A DNA stretch of 64,000 bases from positions 9,132,864 through 9,196,863 of the forward strand of contig NC_068993.1 in assembly GCF_001194135.2 (NCBI RefSeq). Direction: 5' to 3'. This DNA comes from Octopus bimaculoides. Taxonomy: Eukaryota. Numbering within the stretch: position 1 is the stretch's first letter; each line of letters begins with the position of its first letter. The notes under the pieces are model-generated. The model did no database searches. It was not told the origin of the DNA and worked only from the letters and a program-made list of their open reading frames with translations. Positions 37,256 to 52,062 of this stretch are shown one piece after another. The position numbers were made by a program, and so were the translations under genes.

Positions 37256-39211
37256 GAGAAGTATACATGCGTGCATGTGTGTATACACACACACACTCCC
37301 ACACAATTTAATGTGTATATTTAACCAGATAAAACAAATAAGGTGGACACTAAAACCAATCTGAAGGATTATGAATTCAAATCATGTGTTTTCATCACAG
37401 GAGCTGTAGTCTATTTCCTAAGCAATGATTATTTAGCTTAACAGCTTCTCGTCCTAATCCACATGTATCCTAATCTCTAGATTTCTGAAATTTTAGATTT
37501 TCCCATGTGCACAGCTTAATTCATCACATTGGCAATGATCTTAATAACTTAAACTATTGAGTTTCATTGTGAGATCAAACCCTGCTCTCTTCTTATTGTC
37601 TTATGCGCATCCATCTCGACTCTTTTATTGGGTTTATAATATATATTTATAAGCATGTATACTCTTTCAACCTGTAGTATCCATCAAGATGAAGAATGAA
37701 CTATCTTATTGTTACACACACATTCACATGACAAGCTTCTTTCAATTTCTGTCTATCAGATCCACTTGCAAGGTTTTGGTTCATCCTGGCCTGAAGAAGA
37801 TACTTGGCCCAAAGTGCCACACAGTGGGACTCTATCCAAAAGCACAAAGTTGAGAAGCAAACTTCTTTCTCACACCACCACTTACATGAGTGTGTATGTG
37901 TGTATTTGTGTGCGTGTGTGTATGGGAGTGTTTTGATAAAGACCTTGTATTATAAAGATCTACAAATTGTGTTCAACCATCTTCTGTAAACACTTAATAT
38001 CTAAAATCCATTCGACTTGGTTTGTAAAATGAACAACAGGTCGTTGACTTCTTAGATTTTGAGCATTTAGGTGTTAAACATACCACAAATGTTACACATG
38101 CTTTGAAGATGTGTGTGTGTATGTGTGTGTGTTTGTGCTTATTTGGATACATACACACACACATACTTATAAGTGTGTGTGAATATATATTATTATATTG
38201 CCTTGAAGTAGGTGAGTATTCTGTGCTTAGAACCAACCCATACTGAAAGTATGTACATGTATACACATGTGTGAGTTTATAGTTATCATTATTACAAATT
38301 ATTCGTATTTGAAATTTTGTTTCTATCTTCATAAGTGAAGTGGATTAAGAAGAAGAAGAAGAAGAAGAAGAAGAAAATGTAGGCTAACTGCTGATTCTCT
38401 AAATGTAATTTACTAGGCTGTATTGCTCACACCTTTAATTACATCTCTCTTTATTTATGATGCCTACAGGTGTCAGCGGTCATGGACCTTTATACTAAAA
38501 CCTGAAGAAGATTCATGATTTGTCATGGGAATGATACAGTAATAGTTTCTTGCAGCGATCTGCCAGTTTATTTATAATCTAGTTTGTTAGTCTTCTGCTC
38601 TCTCAAGTTTCCCGTTGAGGCAATGGTTCAATTCAAACCTCAGTCATGAGGACTCATTTGCATAACATCAAGACATGACCACACATAGGTATTACTGTGT
38701 AATACATGTCTAAGGGCTAGCCCTTCCCCTGTATGCCTTATCCACAGGATCACCTTCTGAACTTTAACCCATAACTCAGACCCTTGACAGGCACGACTGG
38801 CCAGAGTCATCCAGAGTGTTGTGGTCAATAAGGGATAGTTCTATACTCCTCAAAATACATGAACTCCCAAATTGAGGCCCTCATTGTTGTACATAATTTA
38901 ATGTTTTTAGCCAAAGACAACTTGCATTAAGATATTTCTAATAAAATACACCACTTGCTGCATTTGATAGCATATAGGATGTATTTATTTTTCAAAAAAG
39001 TGTCTCAAAAAAAAAAGTTGTTTTAAAAAGTACTTGCTTTAATATACTGAAAACTTCTTTTCTAAAACAGATGCTGCTGAAATTGGGTGCATCTAATATA
39101 CTTGTGCATCTTATATGCCATCAAATATAGAAAGTGTTTCGATTAATTTAGAAAATAACCAACACTTTCGAAAGATTTTGTATGTTACCAACTTTTCCAT
39201 TATTAAACTAC

Positions 39212-39411
39212 TTTAAGCCATTAGCATTTAATCCAGCCACATCTGGCCCAAATATTCTGACTGATTTATGTTAAAACTGACCAGATCCAGCCTCTCACAT
39301 CTACCCTACAATGTTATTCTATAAATCTACAAGATAATGCATGCTTAATTCAAAACAATGTGAACGAATAGGCAATACATTTGACAAAGAAATTTGAATG
39401 CAAAAGGGTCA
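39212..39411 (-). mobile_element. piggyBac-type MITE, degenerate
   Basis: ttaagccattagcattt ... aatgcaaaagggtcaa with the family body ccagatccagcctctcaca. Confidence 0.65.
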
Positions 39412-39584
39412 AATTTTTTTTAATCTAAAATTACAATGGAAGATTCCAATTTAAATATGAATATTTTTAAAAAAGACATTCTGTATCATAGAACAAGAGG
39501 CTGTCTCAGGCAAGTTGGCATCAAAAATGGTTAAAGACTCACTCAAGCATGTAGAGCCTTTCATACTATAGACATCAATAAAAT

Positions 39585-39985
39585 CTCTTCCTAATGCCAA
39601 CCTCCCCAAGAGTGTTGAGGGTGCCTTTTATGTACCAGTTACAAAGCACTGGCATCAGTTGACTTGGCAGGTCTTCTCAAGCATGGCATATTGCCAAAAG
39701 TCTGTCACTTGTCACTGCCTCTGTGAGGCCCAATGTCCAAACGGTGCTATTTACTCGCCACCAGCATGGGTGCCAGTTATGCAAAACCAGCCTCGGTTAC
39801 GATGATGATCTCACTTGGCTTGATGGATCTTCTCAAGCAGGGTACATTGCCAAAAGTCTCAGTCACTTGTCACTACCTCTGTGAGACCCAAAGTTTGAAG
39901 GGTGCTTTTTAAGTGCCAGTTATGCGACACTGGCATCAGCCATGACCATGATTTCACTTGGCTTGACAGGTCTTCTCAAGCACAA
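39585..39985 (-). mobile_element. RTE LINE 3' end present as about 3 tandem ~150-170-bp units
   Basis: Repeated acttggc..g.tcttctcaagca...attgccaaaagtct..gtcacttgtcact.cctctgtgag, the reverse complement of the LEK..QAK* terminus also seen at 61560. Confidence 0.65.
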
Positions 39986-41889
39986 CCTATCACCTGTGCA
40001 ATTGAATCTAAAACCACATGATTGCAAAAAAAAAAACTTTCTGCTTTGATTATGCCTTAGTTATGCTTACTGCTGTTGATAATGATGATGATGATGCAGT
40101 GATGACAGAGTCATCAAACACTATCATCACCACCATCATCATCAACATTTAACGTCTGCCTTCCGTGCTGGTATGGGTGGAACTATATATAACAGTAATA
40201 AGTATTTGATGTACCAAACCTCAATCACAGCCCATACATAACCAGTTAAACTAGCTACAGTTAGGCTGTTAATACCCTTTGGAGGAAAGATATAAAGAAC
40301 ACTATATCTCATTTCCTTTGCCTTGAAAATGATAAGCCTTTTACATTTATTATTTACAACTGACAGATTAACAGCATGAAGATTAGGCTCTTAATGGATT
40401 ATATTTCCATGGTAAGATTAACACAGTTTAGTTATGCCAAAAGGTGTTGAATCAGCAAATTCATTTTTATGTATAATTACAGTGCATTGCTATGTATTTG
40501 ATCTAAAGGTGACGGGTTCAAATACAAGTTAAACGCTGTGCTTTTAAGAGCAAGAAAGCGGTGCTTCTGGCTTTGGTTTTATGAAACTGAAAGAGGGCAC
40601 TAAATTCTTTAGAAAATATTGAAACTGGATAATTATGTTTTTAAGGGTATAAGGCACAAACATGGTTCTGTGGTTAAAAATCTTGCTTCCTAACCACATG
40701 GTTTCTGGTTCATACCAACTGCATGGCACCTTGGGTAAATATCTACTAAAATGATGAAAACGATTTTTTCAAATGATATAATGTCTCCATTGGACATGCG
40801 CTAAACACCATTTAACAGACAAAATTGGCTGGCAAATCAGCAGAATGCTCGTCTTTCATTGACTGAATTTACCTTACAATAGTTACCTGGTTATACCCAA
40901 CTGGTTGTTTGCTGTTGAGTATAACTGTAGTACATAACAGTATGGTCCTCACTTTCACTGTCCTACAATTATTCAAGCATGCCATGCATCAATGGTGATT
41001 GCATGCACTCATCACTGCTGACCACCGTCCACCTAACACTATAGCTACTGGTGCCCAACTATGATTGCAGCCAACCAAACTGTTGATATCAGAAAAACCA
41101 TGACCAGCTTCTCTGTTAGTATAGTGGAAGACGCAAGATAAGTTTCAAAGTATATATTTGTTTTTCTTTAATAAACGGAAAAAAAAAAAAAAAAAACTTC
41201 AGAAGAGAAAACCCCCCACAAAAAACCCCACTTCTGTGCCACAAAATAAGGTACTTGAAAAAACAAAGGAACAGACAAAAATAATAGCACAAAGCCCTTC
41301 ATTTCATTTTGGCACTTACAATAATGGTAAAGGGGGTGGGAGTGAATATATGGTGATGCATTGGTGGTAATGGTTGCAGTAATAATAATGGTGGTGGTGG
41401 TGGTGGTGGNNNNNNNNNNNNNNNNNNNNNNNNNNNNNNNNNNNNNNNNNNNNNNNNNNNNNNNNNNNNNNNNNNNNNNNNNNNNNNNNNNNNNNNNNNN
41501 NNNNNNNNNNNNNNNNNNNNNNNNNNNNNNNNNNNNNNNNNNNNNNNNNNNNNNNNNNNNNNNNNNNNNNNNNNNNNNNNNNNNNNNNNNNNNNNNNNNN
41601 NNNNNNNNNNNNNNNNNNNNNNNNNNNNNNNNNNNNNNNNNNNNNNNNNNNNNNNNNNNNNNNNNNNNNNNNNNNNNNNNNNNNNNNNNNNNNNNNNNNN
41701 NNNNNNNNNNNNNNNNNNNNNNNNNNNNNNNNNNNNNNNNNNNNNNNNNNNNNNNNNNNNNNNNNNNNNNNNNNNNNNNNNNNNNNNNNNNNNNNNNNNN
41801 NNNNNNNNNNNNNNNNNNNNNNNNNNNNNNNNNNNNNNNNNNNNNNNNNNNNNNNATAATCTAAAATAGAATCACTGCTGTAGGTGATC

Positions 41890-42400
41890 ATGATGGTGAT
41901 GGTGGCGGGGGGGGGGAATGGTGGAGGTGGTGGTAGGCGGTAATGGTGGTGGCAATCGTAGTGAGTGGTGGTGGTGGTAGTGTTGGTTGTGATGACGGAG
42001 GTGGTGGTGCTGACAGTGGTAGAAGTGGTGATGGTGGTAGTGATGGTGGTGGTAGTGGAGGTGGTAGTGGTGATGAGGGTGGTAATGGTGACGATAGGGA
42101 TGGTGGTAGAGGTGGTGGTAGTGGTAGTGATGGTGGTAGTGTTGGTGGTGGTAGTGGAGGTGGTAGTAATAGTGGTGGTAGTGATAGTGGTGATGACGGT
42201 GGTAATGATGATGATAGGGATGGTGGTAGTGGTGGTGGTAGAGGTGGTGATGGTGGTGGTAGTGGTAGTGATGGTGGTAGTGTTGGTGGTGGTAGTGGAG
42301 GTGGTAGTAATAGTGGTGGTGGTGATAGTGGTGATGACGGTGACGGTAGGGATGGTGGTAGAGATGGCGGCAGCGGAGGTGTTGGTGGTGGTTGATGATA
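41890..42400. repeat. (GGT)n-derived minisatellite with a ~115-120-bp higher-order unit
   Basis: Recurring gatagggatggtggtag...gtagtggaggtggtagt blocks; source of the spurious Gly/Thr/Pro/His/Val-rich ORFs. Confidence 0.85.
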
Positions 42401-43106
42401 GTGGCCATGGTATGTGTATATGGGGTAGGTGGGAGAGAAAGAGGGGAAGTTGCAAGAGGTGGTCAAGTGGTAAGATGGTGACAGTGATTGACCTATTAGT
42501 GGCCACTGAGTGGTTGCTTACTTTTCTTATCAACAGTTCTTACACTAATGAATAGAGAGAATGACCAACAGACAGCAAATTTAGCAGTCAGTGAGTTACT
42601 TAATTAGTCAGACACCATAGTCCTTTTATCTTTCAGTTTTTTTAATTATTTCTTATTGTTTTACATCCGTTTGACCGTCCTATAAATAGGTTAAAATAAC
42701 ACATTAGTTGATTCTTCATAAATTTACGTTTACTTTTTTTAATATTTTTTTATATAAATGAGGTGGAATTATTTTTTGAATAGCATGGCTGTGTGGTTAA
42801 GAAGCTCACTTTGCAACCATGAGGGTTCAGGTTCAATCCTATTGTGCGATACCTTGAGTAAATGATACCTACTATGGTCCTGAGCTGATGGCGGGCAAGA
42901 ACTATGTACAAGCCTGTATGTGTGTGTTTGCATGCATATACAAATGTATATGTGTGTGTGCATGTGTATATATATATATATATATATAAGAGTCACAGAA
43001 GTCTGGTGCAAGCTTCGGCCAGGCCAACTCTTGAGGTACCGTCCCACCCATGCTAGCATGGAACACAGATGTTAAATGATGATGGTGATGATGATGATAT
43101 ATATAT

Positions 43107-43399
43107 AAACATGGAGGAGGATCTGTGATGATCTGGGGGGGGCTATATCTTGGAAATCTGCTGGCCCAATGGCTTCCCTTCCTGGTAGAATTAATAGTCA
43201 AGACTATTTAAGCATTTTATCTGATCAAATTCATCTTGTGGTTACAGAACTGTTTCCGGAGGGTAACGCAATCTTTCAGGATGATAATGCACCAATTCAC
43301 ACAGCTAAAGTTTTTACTGAATGGCACGAGGAACATTCTTGTGAAGTTGAACATCTTATCTGGCCACCACAGTCCCCAGATCTCGATATTATTGAGCAT
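43107..43399 (+). mobile_element. Tc1/mariner transposase catalytic-domain fragment (D36E spacing)
   Basis: KHGGGSVMIWG [frameshift in G-run] AISWKSAGPMASLPGRINSQDYLSILSDQIH...FQDDNAPIHTAK...WPPQSPDLDIIEH; no TIRs; flanked by (AT)n. Confidence 0.92.
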
Positions 43400-43422
43400 T
43401 CTGGATTTATTCATTCTGGACT

Positions 43423-43463
<41 letters not shown>

Positions 43464-43949
43464 CATCAACATCATCATTTAATGTCCATTGTCCATGCTA
43501 AATTAGAAAGGAACTCAAGTCATTTTGCCTCCATCAGACCCAATGCTCAAAAGGTACTCAAGTCATTTTGCCTACGTCAGGCCCAAAACCCGAAAGGAAC
43601 TCAGTCACTTTGCCCCCGTGAGGCCCATACATACATGACAAGTGCTTGTTTCAGTTTCTGTCAACCAAAATCCATTCATGAGGATTACAGTAGAAGAAGC
43701 TTGCTCAAGTAGCAGCACAGTGGGACTGAACCCAAGGCCACATGGTTGGAAGCAGGAATTTTAACAAATGGTGAGACACTGTATTGGAGAAGGCTCCCCC
43801 AACCCATGCAGGCATGGAAAAGTTACGTAAAACAGCAATGATGTGTATAAAGTCATTCGCATGAAACCTGTGTGCCATTTCTAACAGGTTTAGCAACCAC
43901 ATAGAAGCTCCGTCATTAGTTTGAAGCAGGTTATTATTATTATTATTAT

Positions 43950-44010
<61 letters not shown>

Positions 44011-44379
44011 GGTGGTGGTAATAATAGTCAAAGCTAAATAAAGTAAGAAGGAAGAAAAGAAGGAAGCAACAGAAGGAAGGTTAGAAAAATATAAGAACAT
44101 GATGATGGTGACGATGCTGACGATAATGATGACGATGATGATGATGGAGAAAAGGAAATAAGTGGATGTCAAAGAAAAAGAAGAAAAAAGTGTGTGTGTG
44201 TGGGGGGAAGGCTGAGGAGAAGAAAAGCACAGAAAGAGATGGGGGGGGGGAAAGAAGCAGAGAGAAAGGAAAAAAAAAAAGATGTAGTTGACAGAGAGAA
44301 AGCGAGGATCTCATGATATCAACAGTTTCTCAATAACAGATTTATTAGTTCATAACTGCTGACTCTAATAAGTACAAAT

Positions 44380-44410
<31 letters not shown>

Positions 44411-44890
44411 CCACCACCACCACCGTCATCGTCATCACCACCGCCATTATCGTCATCAGCGTTACCACCACCACCATTACCATCAGCAGTGCCACTGTTA
44501 CCGTCATCATCATCATCATCATCATCACATCATCATCATCATCATCATCATCAAATACAACAACAAGAGGCTGATAAACTGGGTCAACGAAGCAGTAATA
44601 ATACAAATTATAGTAATTATTCCTCACAATATTCTGCTGTTACAACGGTATTTTTGTTTTCCCTTATTGGTCCTGATGGATTTGGTGGCGCTATTGCAAA
44701 AAAGAAAAATCTCAGAAAAGAAAGCAACCCAGGAGCAGCTGTATGATAAGAAGTCTGCTTCCCAACCATGTGATTCTAGGTTCAGTCTCACTGCATGGCA
44801 CTTAGGAAGAGTGTCTTTTCCAATAGCCCCGAGTCCACCAAAGCGTTTCTGAGAAGGATTTGATAGACCGAAACTGAAAGAAGCCCACTG

Positions 44891-44940
<50 letters not shown>

Positions 44941-45793
44941 TAACAAACAGGTAGTAGGAGAAATTCTTTGGTATTATTTATTCACCATTACATGTGTTTC
45001 ATTTGCTAATAGGAATCACAAAATTGTACATGAAGGAAACATGTAAGAAATCTCTGATTAGAAAGGCCACAGAGGACATAACTTGGATTTTAACCCTACC
45101 CACATAATATATATATTATATGTATATGTATTGTGTGTACATATAATATATATTGTTGTTATTATGCAAAAGTGTCGTAAGTCCAAAACGTTGCTTTTTC
45201 AGAAAACGAAAAAATAGTTACACCATTCCATAGCAGAACTAAACTTTGACAATTTTTGATATTTTGGCATCTGAAAAAAACTGGAGATACAATAGTTTGA
45301 CCAAAAGAATCAGCTATTGCAAGTTAAAATAAATATTGCAAAAAAAAAAAGCATTTGGCCAAAATTGGACATACGACAGTTTAACATAATAGCAACGATA
45401 TATATATATATGTGTGTTTGTGTTTGAATCTCACCTTTGTTTCTCAACAAGTGTTTGTTTATGTTCCCGTAACTTAGTAGTTTGGTAAAAGAGACAGACA
45501 GAATAATTACCAAGTTTAAAAAATAACTCCTGGGAGTGATTTTTTTTATTAAACTCTTCAAGGCAGTGCCCCAACATGGCTGCACTTAAATTCAAAGCAG
45601 CGCTCCAGCATGGCCACACTAAAACTCTCCAAGGTGGTGCTCCAGCATGGCTGTACTTAAACAAGTACGAGATAAGAGATACATAAATTTATATACAAAT
45701 CTAGGACCAATGCTCAATGAAGTAGATGGAAACTGAAAGAAGCCTCTGGTGTGTGTGTGTGTGTGTATGTGTGATGGGCTTCTTTCAGTTTGT

Positions 45794-46025
45794 TATTTCT
45801 TTATTACCCACAAGGGGCTAAACATAGAGGGGACAAGCAAGGACAGACCAAGTGATTAAGCCAATTACATCGACTCCAGTGCATAACTGGTACTTAATTT
45901 ATCGATCCCGAAAGGATGAAAGGCAAAGTCGGCCTCAGCGGAATTTGAACTCAGAACGTCACGGCAGATGAAATACCGCTAAGCATTTCGCCCGGCGTGC
46001 TAACGTTTCTGCAAGCTCACCGCCT
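45794..46025 (-). mobile_element. SINE family B, full length, low divergence
   Basis: Close reverse complement of 91-309 with CpGs retained. Confidence 0.9.
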
Positions 46026-46530
46026 TTCCCGGCTTCTTTCAGTTTCCGTCTACCAAATCCACTCACAAGGCTTTGGTCGGCCCGAGGCTATAGTAGAAGA
46101 CACTTGCCCAAGATGCCACACTGNNNNNNNNNNNNNNNNNNNNNNNNNNNNNNNNNNNNNNNNNNNNNNNNNNNNNNNNNNNNNNNNNNNNNNNNNNNNN
46201 NNNNNNNNNNNNNNNNNNNNNNNNNNNNNNNNNNNNNNNNNNNNNNNNNNNNNNNNNNNNNNNNNNNNNNNNNNNNNNNNNNNNNNNNNNNNNNNNNNNN
46301 NNNNNNNNNNNNNNNNNNNNNNNNNNNNNNNNNNNNNNNNNNNNNNNNNNNNNNNNNNNNNNNNNNNNNNNNNNNNNNNNNNNNNNNNNNNNNNNNNNNN
46401 NNNNNNNNNNNNNNNNNNNNNNNNNNNNNNNNNNNNNNNNNNNNNNNNNNNNNNNNNNNNNNNNNNNNNNNNNNNNNNNNNNNNNNNNNNNNNNNNNNNN
46501 NNNNNNNNNNNNNNNNNNNNNNNNNNNNNT

Positions 46531-46778
46531 GACGGGGACATAAGCACACCAGCATCGGTTGTCAAGCAATGCTAGGGGGACAAACACACACACACACACA
46601 TATATATACATATACACGACAGGCTTCTTTCAGTTTCCGTCTACCAAATCCACTCACAAGGCTTTGGTCGGCCCGAGGCTATAGTAGAAGACACTTGCCC
46701 AAGATGCCACACTGTGGAACTGAACCCGGAACCATGTGGTTAGTCAGCAGGCTACTTACCACACAGCTACTCCTGCGC
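46531..46778 (-). mobile_element. SINE family A; 46031-46123 is an identical partial copy across the gap
   Basis: Direct comparison of 46031-46123 with 46622-46714. Confidence 0.85.
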
Positions 46779-47459
46779 CTGTTAATTTTTTACCAGTTTG
46801 ATATTGGATGACGTTCATGTAGCTTATGCCACCACCACCACCACTGCCACCACCATCATCATCACTTAGTGTTCACTTTTCGATGCTTGCATGGGTCAGA
46901 CAAAAATTTGTAGAGACTGGTATGGGATCGCAAATTGGTCAGAGGAGCAGGGACAGATAGGAGAGAGAGAAAAGAGAGAGAGAGAGGGTCAAGTAAATCA
47001 ATCACAATTCTTGATTGGCAATTCATTTTATCAACCTCAGAAGAAGAAAAGGTGAAGTTGGCCCTAGCAATGATTTGAACTCAGAATGTGAAAAAAAGGG
47101 ACTTCAATGCACTCAATCACCTTTATAACAACAACAACAACTACAGCAGCAGAAGCATTAACAGCAGAAGATATGAATGAATTGAAAATGTCATGTTTAA
47201 GAATTGCTCACAAATAGAGGACAGCTGGTTGTATGTAATACAGCTTAAGGCTATAGATTCTTCACCCTACATGTGTTAGATGAATGAATAAACTTGACCT
47301 GAAATGCATTGAGATTCAATCATTGATATTTTTGTCAATGATATACATGCATACATATATATGTATGCATATATATATATATATATGCACACACGCACAT
47401 ATATACATACATGCTCAATTACNNNNNNNNNNNNNNNNNNNNNNNNNNNNNNNNNNNNN

Positions 47460-47491
<32 letters not shown>

Positions 47492-47719
47492 GTGTGTGTA
47501 TGTATATATATATATCTTTATGAATACATACACATATGCATACATACCTTTATACCTATGTGAGTGTGTGTATGAGAAATAGATTTCATTTCACTTTTTT
47601 TATATTCAAAACGAGAATCAACAATTTACTTTCGACATGTGTAAAAAAAAAAAAACTGAAGAGAAACTTCTTTATATGTGGAATGGAGGTCATATAAATA
47701 GAAATGTATGAGCGTGGAA

Positions 47720-47763
<44 letters not shown>

Positions 47764-50700
47764 GCACACACGCACATATATACATACATGCTCAATTACA
47801 GATGAAATATCAGAATTTGATATGTGTGGTGTGTAAACATAGATACATACACATATGCATATACATACATATATAATTCATACATATTTATACACATACA
47901 AATGAATGTACATACATACACATGCATGCACATAATTACATATGTACATACATACATGTATATACATACATGTATATACATATAATTACAGATAAAATGC
48001 TAGGATTTGATGTGTGTGCATGTGTATTTGTGTATATGTGAATATGTGTGTGTGCATGAATGCTTGCATGTGTATGTATGTGTGCATGTGTAAGTGAACA
48101 CGTGCACACATGCATATTCATACATATACACCCCTTTTAGACATCAGAAATCGATGTATATGTGTATGCATATGTATGTTCAGACACATATGCATGCATG
48201 TACATATGTATACAGATACATACACTTAGTTAGAGTCAACACCAGTAATTGGTGTGTGTATGTGTGTTTGTAAACATGTATGCATGCATATGCACATTCT
48301 GAAATGAGCAGCCGCACACACACACACACACACACACATGCTAAGACTGAATCCCAGAAATTGAAGCTTGCGTGTATGTGTGTGTGTGTGTGTGTGCTAA
48401 TATTTATGCATGTTTACATACCCAGCTACATGCATTTACCTACATGCACATCTGCCTATGTAAATGCATCCTCATTTCCCTGTATACATGTCCCCACAAA
48501 TGCATCCAAACATACACACATGTGCATTCACATGCACACATAAAACGCATTCACATGTACAAACACCTGCATATTCACATATCAGAAATACTGGAGTGGA
48601 GTTTCACCTACAGCTGTGCGCATATGTGATGTGTGCACACATGTTTATCTCTATAAAATGTATGTGTGAACTCCACACACACACACACACACACATACAC
48701 ACCAATACACACCTTTCCAAACTTAAATGAAATAGAACATATTTTTATTGAGTTTTTTTGCAGTTCCTCTTGCAAATTGTATCGAATAATTTAACTGTAA
48801 CAGTGGAATAAGAGAAAACAAAACAAAAAAAAAAATGCCACCATCGTTATTCCCTCCACCTGCATATAACTACCTCTATTCCCATCTACCTGCTTATAAC
48901 TAACTCTGTCACCCTCCTCCTCTGTATCTCCATTACACCTGTCTCTTTATCATCTGACAATCTTTACCAACACCATTTAACGGTCACTTTTCTATGCTTG
49001 CATGTGTCAGACAATTCGCCTAGGCAGATTTTCTACAGCTGGATGCCTTTCCTGTTGCCAACCCTCACCTGTTTCCAAGCAAAGATATTTTGCAATGGCC
49101 AGACATGTTTATCGTGGAACACTGGAGAGAAAGGGCACCGCTTGTATGACAGTGATGCTCATTTACAATCAGTTTACATGATGTCAAGACAAGGGCACTC
49201 ACACACTCATACACACACAGAGACACAAGCACACACACACACAAAGTATGCACATACACACACAAGTATGCACATATATACTCACAAGTATATACACACA
49301 CAAGTATGCACATACACACACACAAAAAGTTTTCTTTCAGTGTCCGTTTACCAAATTTATTCAAAGGCTTTGGTTGGCCAAGGGCAATAAAAGAAGATAC
49401 TTGCCCAAGGTGCTGTGCAGTGGGATTGAAACTGAAAACACACGGCTGCAAAGCAAGCTTCTTAACCACATATCCACAACCAAAAACATCACTCTCATAC
49501 TACTACCTCACTGCAACCATCATTATTGAACTAATAGATGGGTCTTTACGTGCTTAATTGCTCAACCTGCTAGAAATAGCAACCAAATATCGCCTCAAAT
49601 CACATCCTATTCTCTTAGATAAGGCTACACTAGCTAATGTGGGTCCCCAGAGTTTCTTGTTGATAGGAAAGCAATGAAGATGAAGGAATTCCTTTGGCCA
49701 AGGGCCTCCTCCATCAGGACAGACATGATGTTAAACAACGACTGCAATCATCATCACCACTACTCCTTATATAACAACCACCACCGCCATCACAATTTTT
49801 TTGGTTATCATCATCATCATCATCATCTAGAACAAGAGCAGCAACAACACTACCACCTGACAATGTGACGTCATCTTTTGTCTTTGTCTTTTGGAAGATA
49901 TAAAATAACAGCAACAGAAAATTTTTTTTTACATAAATAGATAATAAATAAAAGACAAAAATGAACCAAAAAAAAAATACAATATATATATAATTCTTCT
50001 AATGAGCTGAATAATTTTGGATGGTTGCATATGTGAGTGTGCACACACAAAACACATATATATATATATGCATATGTATGTGCATATGTGTGTGTGTGTG
50101 TGTGTGTGTGTATTAAATACAGACACAGACATACTGAAGCAGGAAAGATGAAAAAAAACAATAAAATATTATTTAAGCTTTGAAATATGAAGCCAAAAAG
50201 AAGCATTATTTAATTACATCCCCATACACCTTTCTTTGCCTGTCTGTGTGTCTGACTGTCCCCCCCCCCNNNNNNNNNNNNNNNNNNNNNNNNNNNNNNN
50301 NNNNNNNNNNNNNNNNNNNNNNNNNNNNNNNNNNNNNNNNNNNNNNNNNNNNNNNNNNNNNNNNNNNNNNNNNNNNNNNNNNNNNNNNNNNNNNNNNNNN
50401 NNNNNNNNNNNNNNNNNNNNNNNNNNNNNNNNNNNNNNNNNNNNNNNNNNNNNNNNNNNNNNNNNNNNNNNNNNNNNNNNNNNNNNNNNNNNNNNNNNNN
50501 NNNNNNNNNNNNNNNNNNNNNNNNNNNNNNNNNNNNNNNNNNNNNNNNNNNNNNNNNNNNNNNNNNNNNNNNNNNNNNNNNNNNNNNNNNNNNNNNNNNN
50601 NNNNNNNNNNNNNNNNNNNNNNNNNNNNNNNNNNNNNNNNNNNNNNNNNNNNNNNNNNNNNNNNNNNNNNNNNNNNNNNNNNNNNNNNNNNNNNNNNNNN

Positions 50701-50894
50701 NNNNNNNNNNNNNNNNNNNNNNNNNNNNNNNNNNNNNNNNNNNTAAAACAAAATGCTTTGTTCAGAATGGTGCAAGAAACTAGATGAGAACCGAGATTCT
50801 ATTCTTAGAATAGACAAGTTCAATTCAGAGAGAAGCAATGCCCAAGAATTTCAAAACCTGGCACGTGTTGTTCTAATTGAAATATACTCCAAAG

Positions 50895-50925
<31 letters not shown>

Positions 50926-51317
50926 CTTGAGTTGAGTCATTCAATCAAATTGAGTGGAGTGGAATGTAGTGAAGTAGAGAGCCATGTGTGGTAGCTCTTT
51001 GGTCAGCTCTACTTGAGAATGACCATGGCCTGGAAAGGGTCGGTCAGACAACTGGGAGTGATTCACCAACTCAGAACACCTGTATATCCTAGATTTCCAG
51101 AAAAAAGTTTGGCCATGGCTGAGGTGGCAAAGGGGTTTGCTTCGCAACCATGTGGATTTGGGTTCAGTCCCGCTGTGTAAGGTCTTGTGCAATTTAACTG
51201 TCTTGTATTATAATCTCAGACTGACCAGTGCTTTTGTGAGTGAAAGTGGTGGACAATGGAAACTGCATGGAAACCCATTGTGTGTGTGTGTACTATATCA
51301 TTATCACCTCTTAAACG

Positions 51318-51499
51318 ACCCTTTAGCATTCAGATTGTTCTGGCAAATGCAATGCTTACTTATTCATATTGTTTTGAAGTAATCAAGCATTATCTGGTAG
51401 CTTTCAGATTTCAATGACATGATTGTTTATTTTTAGAAAAACATTATAGGGTAAGTGAGAGAGGCCTGATCTGGCCTGTTTGAATACTAAAGAGTTTAA
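51318..51499 (+). mobile_element. piggyBac-type MITE, degenerate
   Basis: accctttagcattcagatt ... aatactaaagagtttaa. Confidence 0.6.
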
Positions 51500-52007
51500 T
51501 GTCTGTTTTCCATGCACTGGACAGTTTGACAAGATTCAGTGACATCATGTGTCAGCTTTGGCAATGGAGCCTGGCAGTCATGCAGCTTGTTGGGTCTTGT
51601 TGAACTGTCCAACCCAGGTGCTGGTGCCACATGAAAAGCACCCAGTCCAGTCTGTAAAGGCATTAGGAAAGGCATCTAGCTGTAAAAACTATGCCAAAAA
51701 CAGACCTTGCTTGTGCCACATGAAAAGCACCCAATCCAGTCTGTAAAGAGGTTGGTGTTGGGAAGGACAACCAGCCATAAAAACGATTCCAAAACAGACA
51801 GTGGAGCTTGGTGCAGTCCTCTGGCTTGTCAGCTCCTGTCAAGCCATCCGACCCATGCCAACATGGAAGATGGATGATAGATGATGATGATGATGATGTA
51901 TGCATAGTAAGAAAATACGAAAAATCTAAAATAAAAAAAGATAAAACATGAACAGAGCTGAGTATTTTAATGAAACATACACAAAAAAAGGCGTTCCGTA
52001 TATATAT

Positions 52008-52062
<55 letters not shown>

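Noticed and set aside
41316-42555. Gly-rich, Thr-rich, His-rich and Pro-rich ORFs (mucin- or cuticle-like)
   Set aside because: All frames on both strands are open because the sequence is a GGT minisatellite; no splice or start context.
46031-46714. Identical SINE segments on both sides of a gap; similarly 47370-47421 versus 47747-47798
   Set aside because: Most likely unmerged contig overlaps (assembly artefact), not biological duplications.
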